Assembly (NCBI GenBank): GCA_964016885.1
Contig: OZ024740.1
Location: 252,712,001-252,776,000, forward strand
Direction: 5' to 3'
From: Eledone cirrhosa
Taxonomy: Eukaryota
DNA: 64,000 nt
The translations under genes were made by a program, and so were the position numbers. The notes beneath the pieces are model-generated. The model saw only the letters and a list, made by a program, of their open reading frames with translations. It ran no database searches and had not been told where the DNA came from. Positions 62,195 to 64,000 of the stretch are shown here, piece after piece. Position 1 is the first letter of the stretch. The number at the start of each line of letters is the position of its first letter.

Positions 62195-63200
62195 ATATAT
62201 TAATATATATAAAAAACTTCATAAAAAATATCGGCAATAGCATCTCTAACCTTTCTTCTAACAAAGCCATCTATGATTGAGCGGAACCCTACTACAATGC
62301 CGCATTAGCCAACAGCACCTTCCCTGACACAATTTCTTACTCGAAATAATAAAAATATAATTTGGTTCTGCCCACTCTTCTCACTCAGTGTTAGAACCAA
62401 TGTAAGTAAGAAATCCTTATCACCCCTAGATAAGCACAGTGTTAGAACTAATGTAGGTAAGAAATTCTTAGCACTCCTAGATAAGCACTTCCCCACACGT
62501 CATAAATATTGATGTATCATCAATAGACACAGGGTGAATCTCAGCTATTCCTGGATGCTCTTGCAGAAGGCCAGACATGCGCCCTTCAACAACAGTGCAA
62601 AACACCCACTTTAGTTTATGAAACTGTAGTTACATCTCCCCGACCAAACCAACAACAGGAGGTCAAAACATAGGTTTGGTGGAGAGCCAGTTTAAAGAAC
62701 GCTTCTTTAACCATCAGACAACATTTACACACCCGGATAAACAAGTGTCCACATATGATCACTCAAGAATGCTGGTGTGGATTACTCAATTCAATGGAAA
62801 GTTCTGATCAAACCTAGGCCATATGAAAATGGGAATTTGTCTTGTGGGCTGTGCATCAAGGAACAAATAAATATGCTGCAGAGATTATGTGATAGTACCT
62901 GTCGAAATACAAGATACAATTTCTATAATCGATGTCCCCATGCAACCAAGTACTTATTACGTAACTACAAGGACTCAGATTACTTTCTTAAACTACAGAC
63001 CCATCCTATTTTTATACAGAACAATCCCAATCGTCTCCCTTTCATAAGTCTAACTTGAGGTGTCCCCCTTGTGCATGACCAATGTTCTTCATATGCACTT
63101 CTGTTTTTCAACTCGAGGTGAAAATCCACAAGGTGAAACATGCGTCCTCAAAAATGGTTTATCACACAGTAACTAACAACAGAATGTTTTAAGTCTGCAT
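62195..63200 (+). mobile_element. Heavily decayed Naiad-type PLE 3' fragment
   Basis: ISNLSSNKAIYD..YYNAAL; IIWFCP; LDKHFP..HKY; YSIQWKVL..PYENGNLSCGLCIKE..RCPH; degenerate hammerhead at 63115-63149. Confidence 0.75.
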
Positions 63201-63537
63201 ATCTGACATATATGCGTAGCTTGTGAATAAAAAATTCAGGGGCTTTCGCTGGCCGTGGTGTTCCCTGCCAAACATCTTTTGTAATGTATCGACTTATTGG
63301 CTAATCAACCAATGAGAGTAATTGTTGCTCAAAAGCATCCACCTCTTTGTTTGCACGTTTATTTATCGTTTCGCTTTTGAATCTTCCTCCTGTATTTCGT
63401 CATTTATCATCAAAATTTTTTTCTCATTTTGGTAAGTTATATACATATATAAACATGTATACATAGATACATTTATTCATATATATATACATCCATACAT
63501 ATATATACATATACACATATACATATATACATATAAT

Positions 63538-63977
63538 GAACAACTAGTTATTGCTCTACATGGCTGAATACAATAATAATATTCAATTCGGTTGCAATTA
63601 TGCAAACAGCCTCTTTTATAAGCCATGTCAGTAGAATTAGCCCCTCATTCTCGCTCTTGTGTTGGCATGCAAACAGAACTGCAGACACTAAAGTTTCTGG
63701 GTGATTACCCTTCATGAATGCAGTTTACTGCTTACCTGCCAACTGTCAGAGCTATTGAAAATATATATTTTCTGAAATATACACTGATAGGCCTGATTTA
63801 CATATTAGCAGATTGGCTGATCAGTCAGATCGGCATATTAGCAGACACTGATCAGCCAGATTTGCATATCAGTAGATAGGCTAGTCAGTTTCATGTATAC
63901 GAGCAATTAATAGTCGGCTTTGCCATATTCAAATAACTAACAACTAGTTATTGCTATACATGGGTGAATACAATAAA
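63538..63977. repeat. ~40-bp direct repeat ~400 bp apart, enclosing three ~32-bp CATATTAGCAGA..CTGATCAG units
   Basis: AACAACTAGTTATTGCT(C/A)TACATGG(C/G)TGAATACAATAA at ~63539 and ~63939. Confidence 0.7.
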
Positions 63978-64000
63978 TGTAATCTGAGTTTTTCGAATAT

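Noticed and set aside
63230-63285. Additional minus-strand hammerhead (..GCCAGCGAAAGCC)
   Set aside because: Core reads CAAAAGA and stems I and III cannot be formed convincingly.

Overview
AT-rich, repeat-dense animal genomic DNA, most likely an octopod cephalopod (inferred from OK/OR-like tRNA-SINEs, abundant RTE LINEs, Penelope-like elements and long (TA)n tracts). The only clear host gene is a crumbs-like EGF/laminin-G gene on the minus strand: four internal exons at 55989-55320, 53787-53675, 51963-51240 and 45293-45164, with GT-AG borders and matching phases. No further exon is visible in the remaining ~45 kb. The rest is a nested transposon cluster. It holds six large RTE-clade LINE copies from about three subfamilies, two of them near-intact and arranged tail-to-tail, and five Penelope-like elements (two non-Naiad, three Naiad-type). 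There is also a decayed Tx1/L1-like LINE sitting in a tandem SINE array, plus mariner, maT (DD37D), Helitron and piggyBac-like MITE remnants. Two things stand out. (1) Every RTE copy that spans the region carries a C4HC3 PHD finger inserted inside the reverse transcriptase. (2) About eleven hammerhead-ribozyme-like motifs with non-canonical cores occur, including a non-coding ~1.25 kb element bounded by inverted hammerhead-bearing repeats. All calls come from reading the sequence by eye; no searches or folding programs were run.
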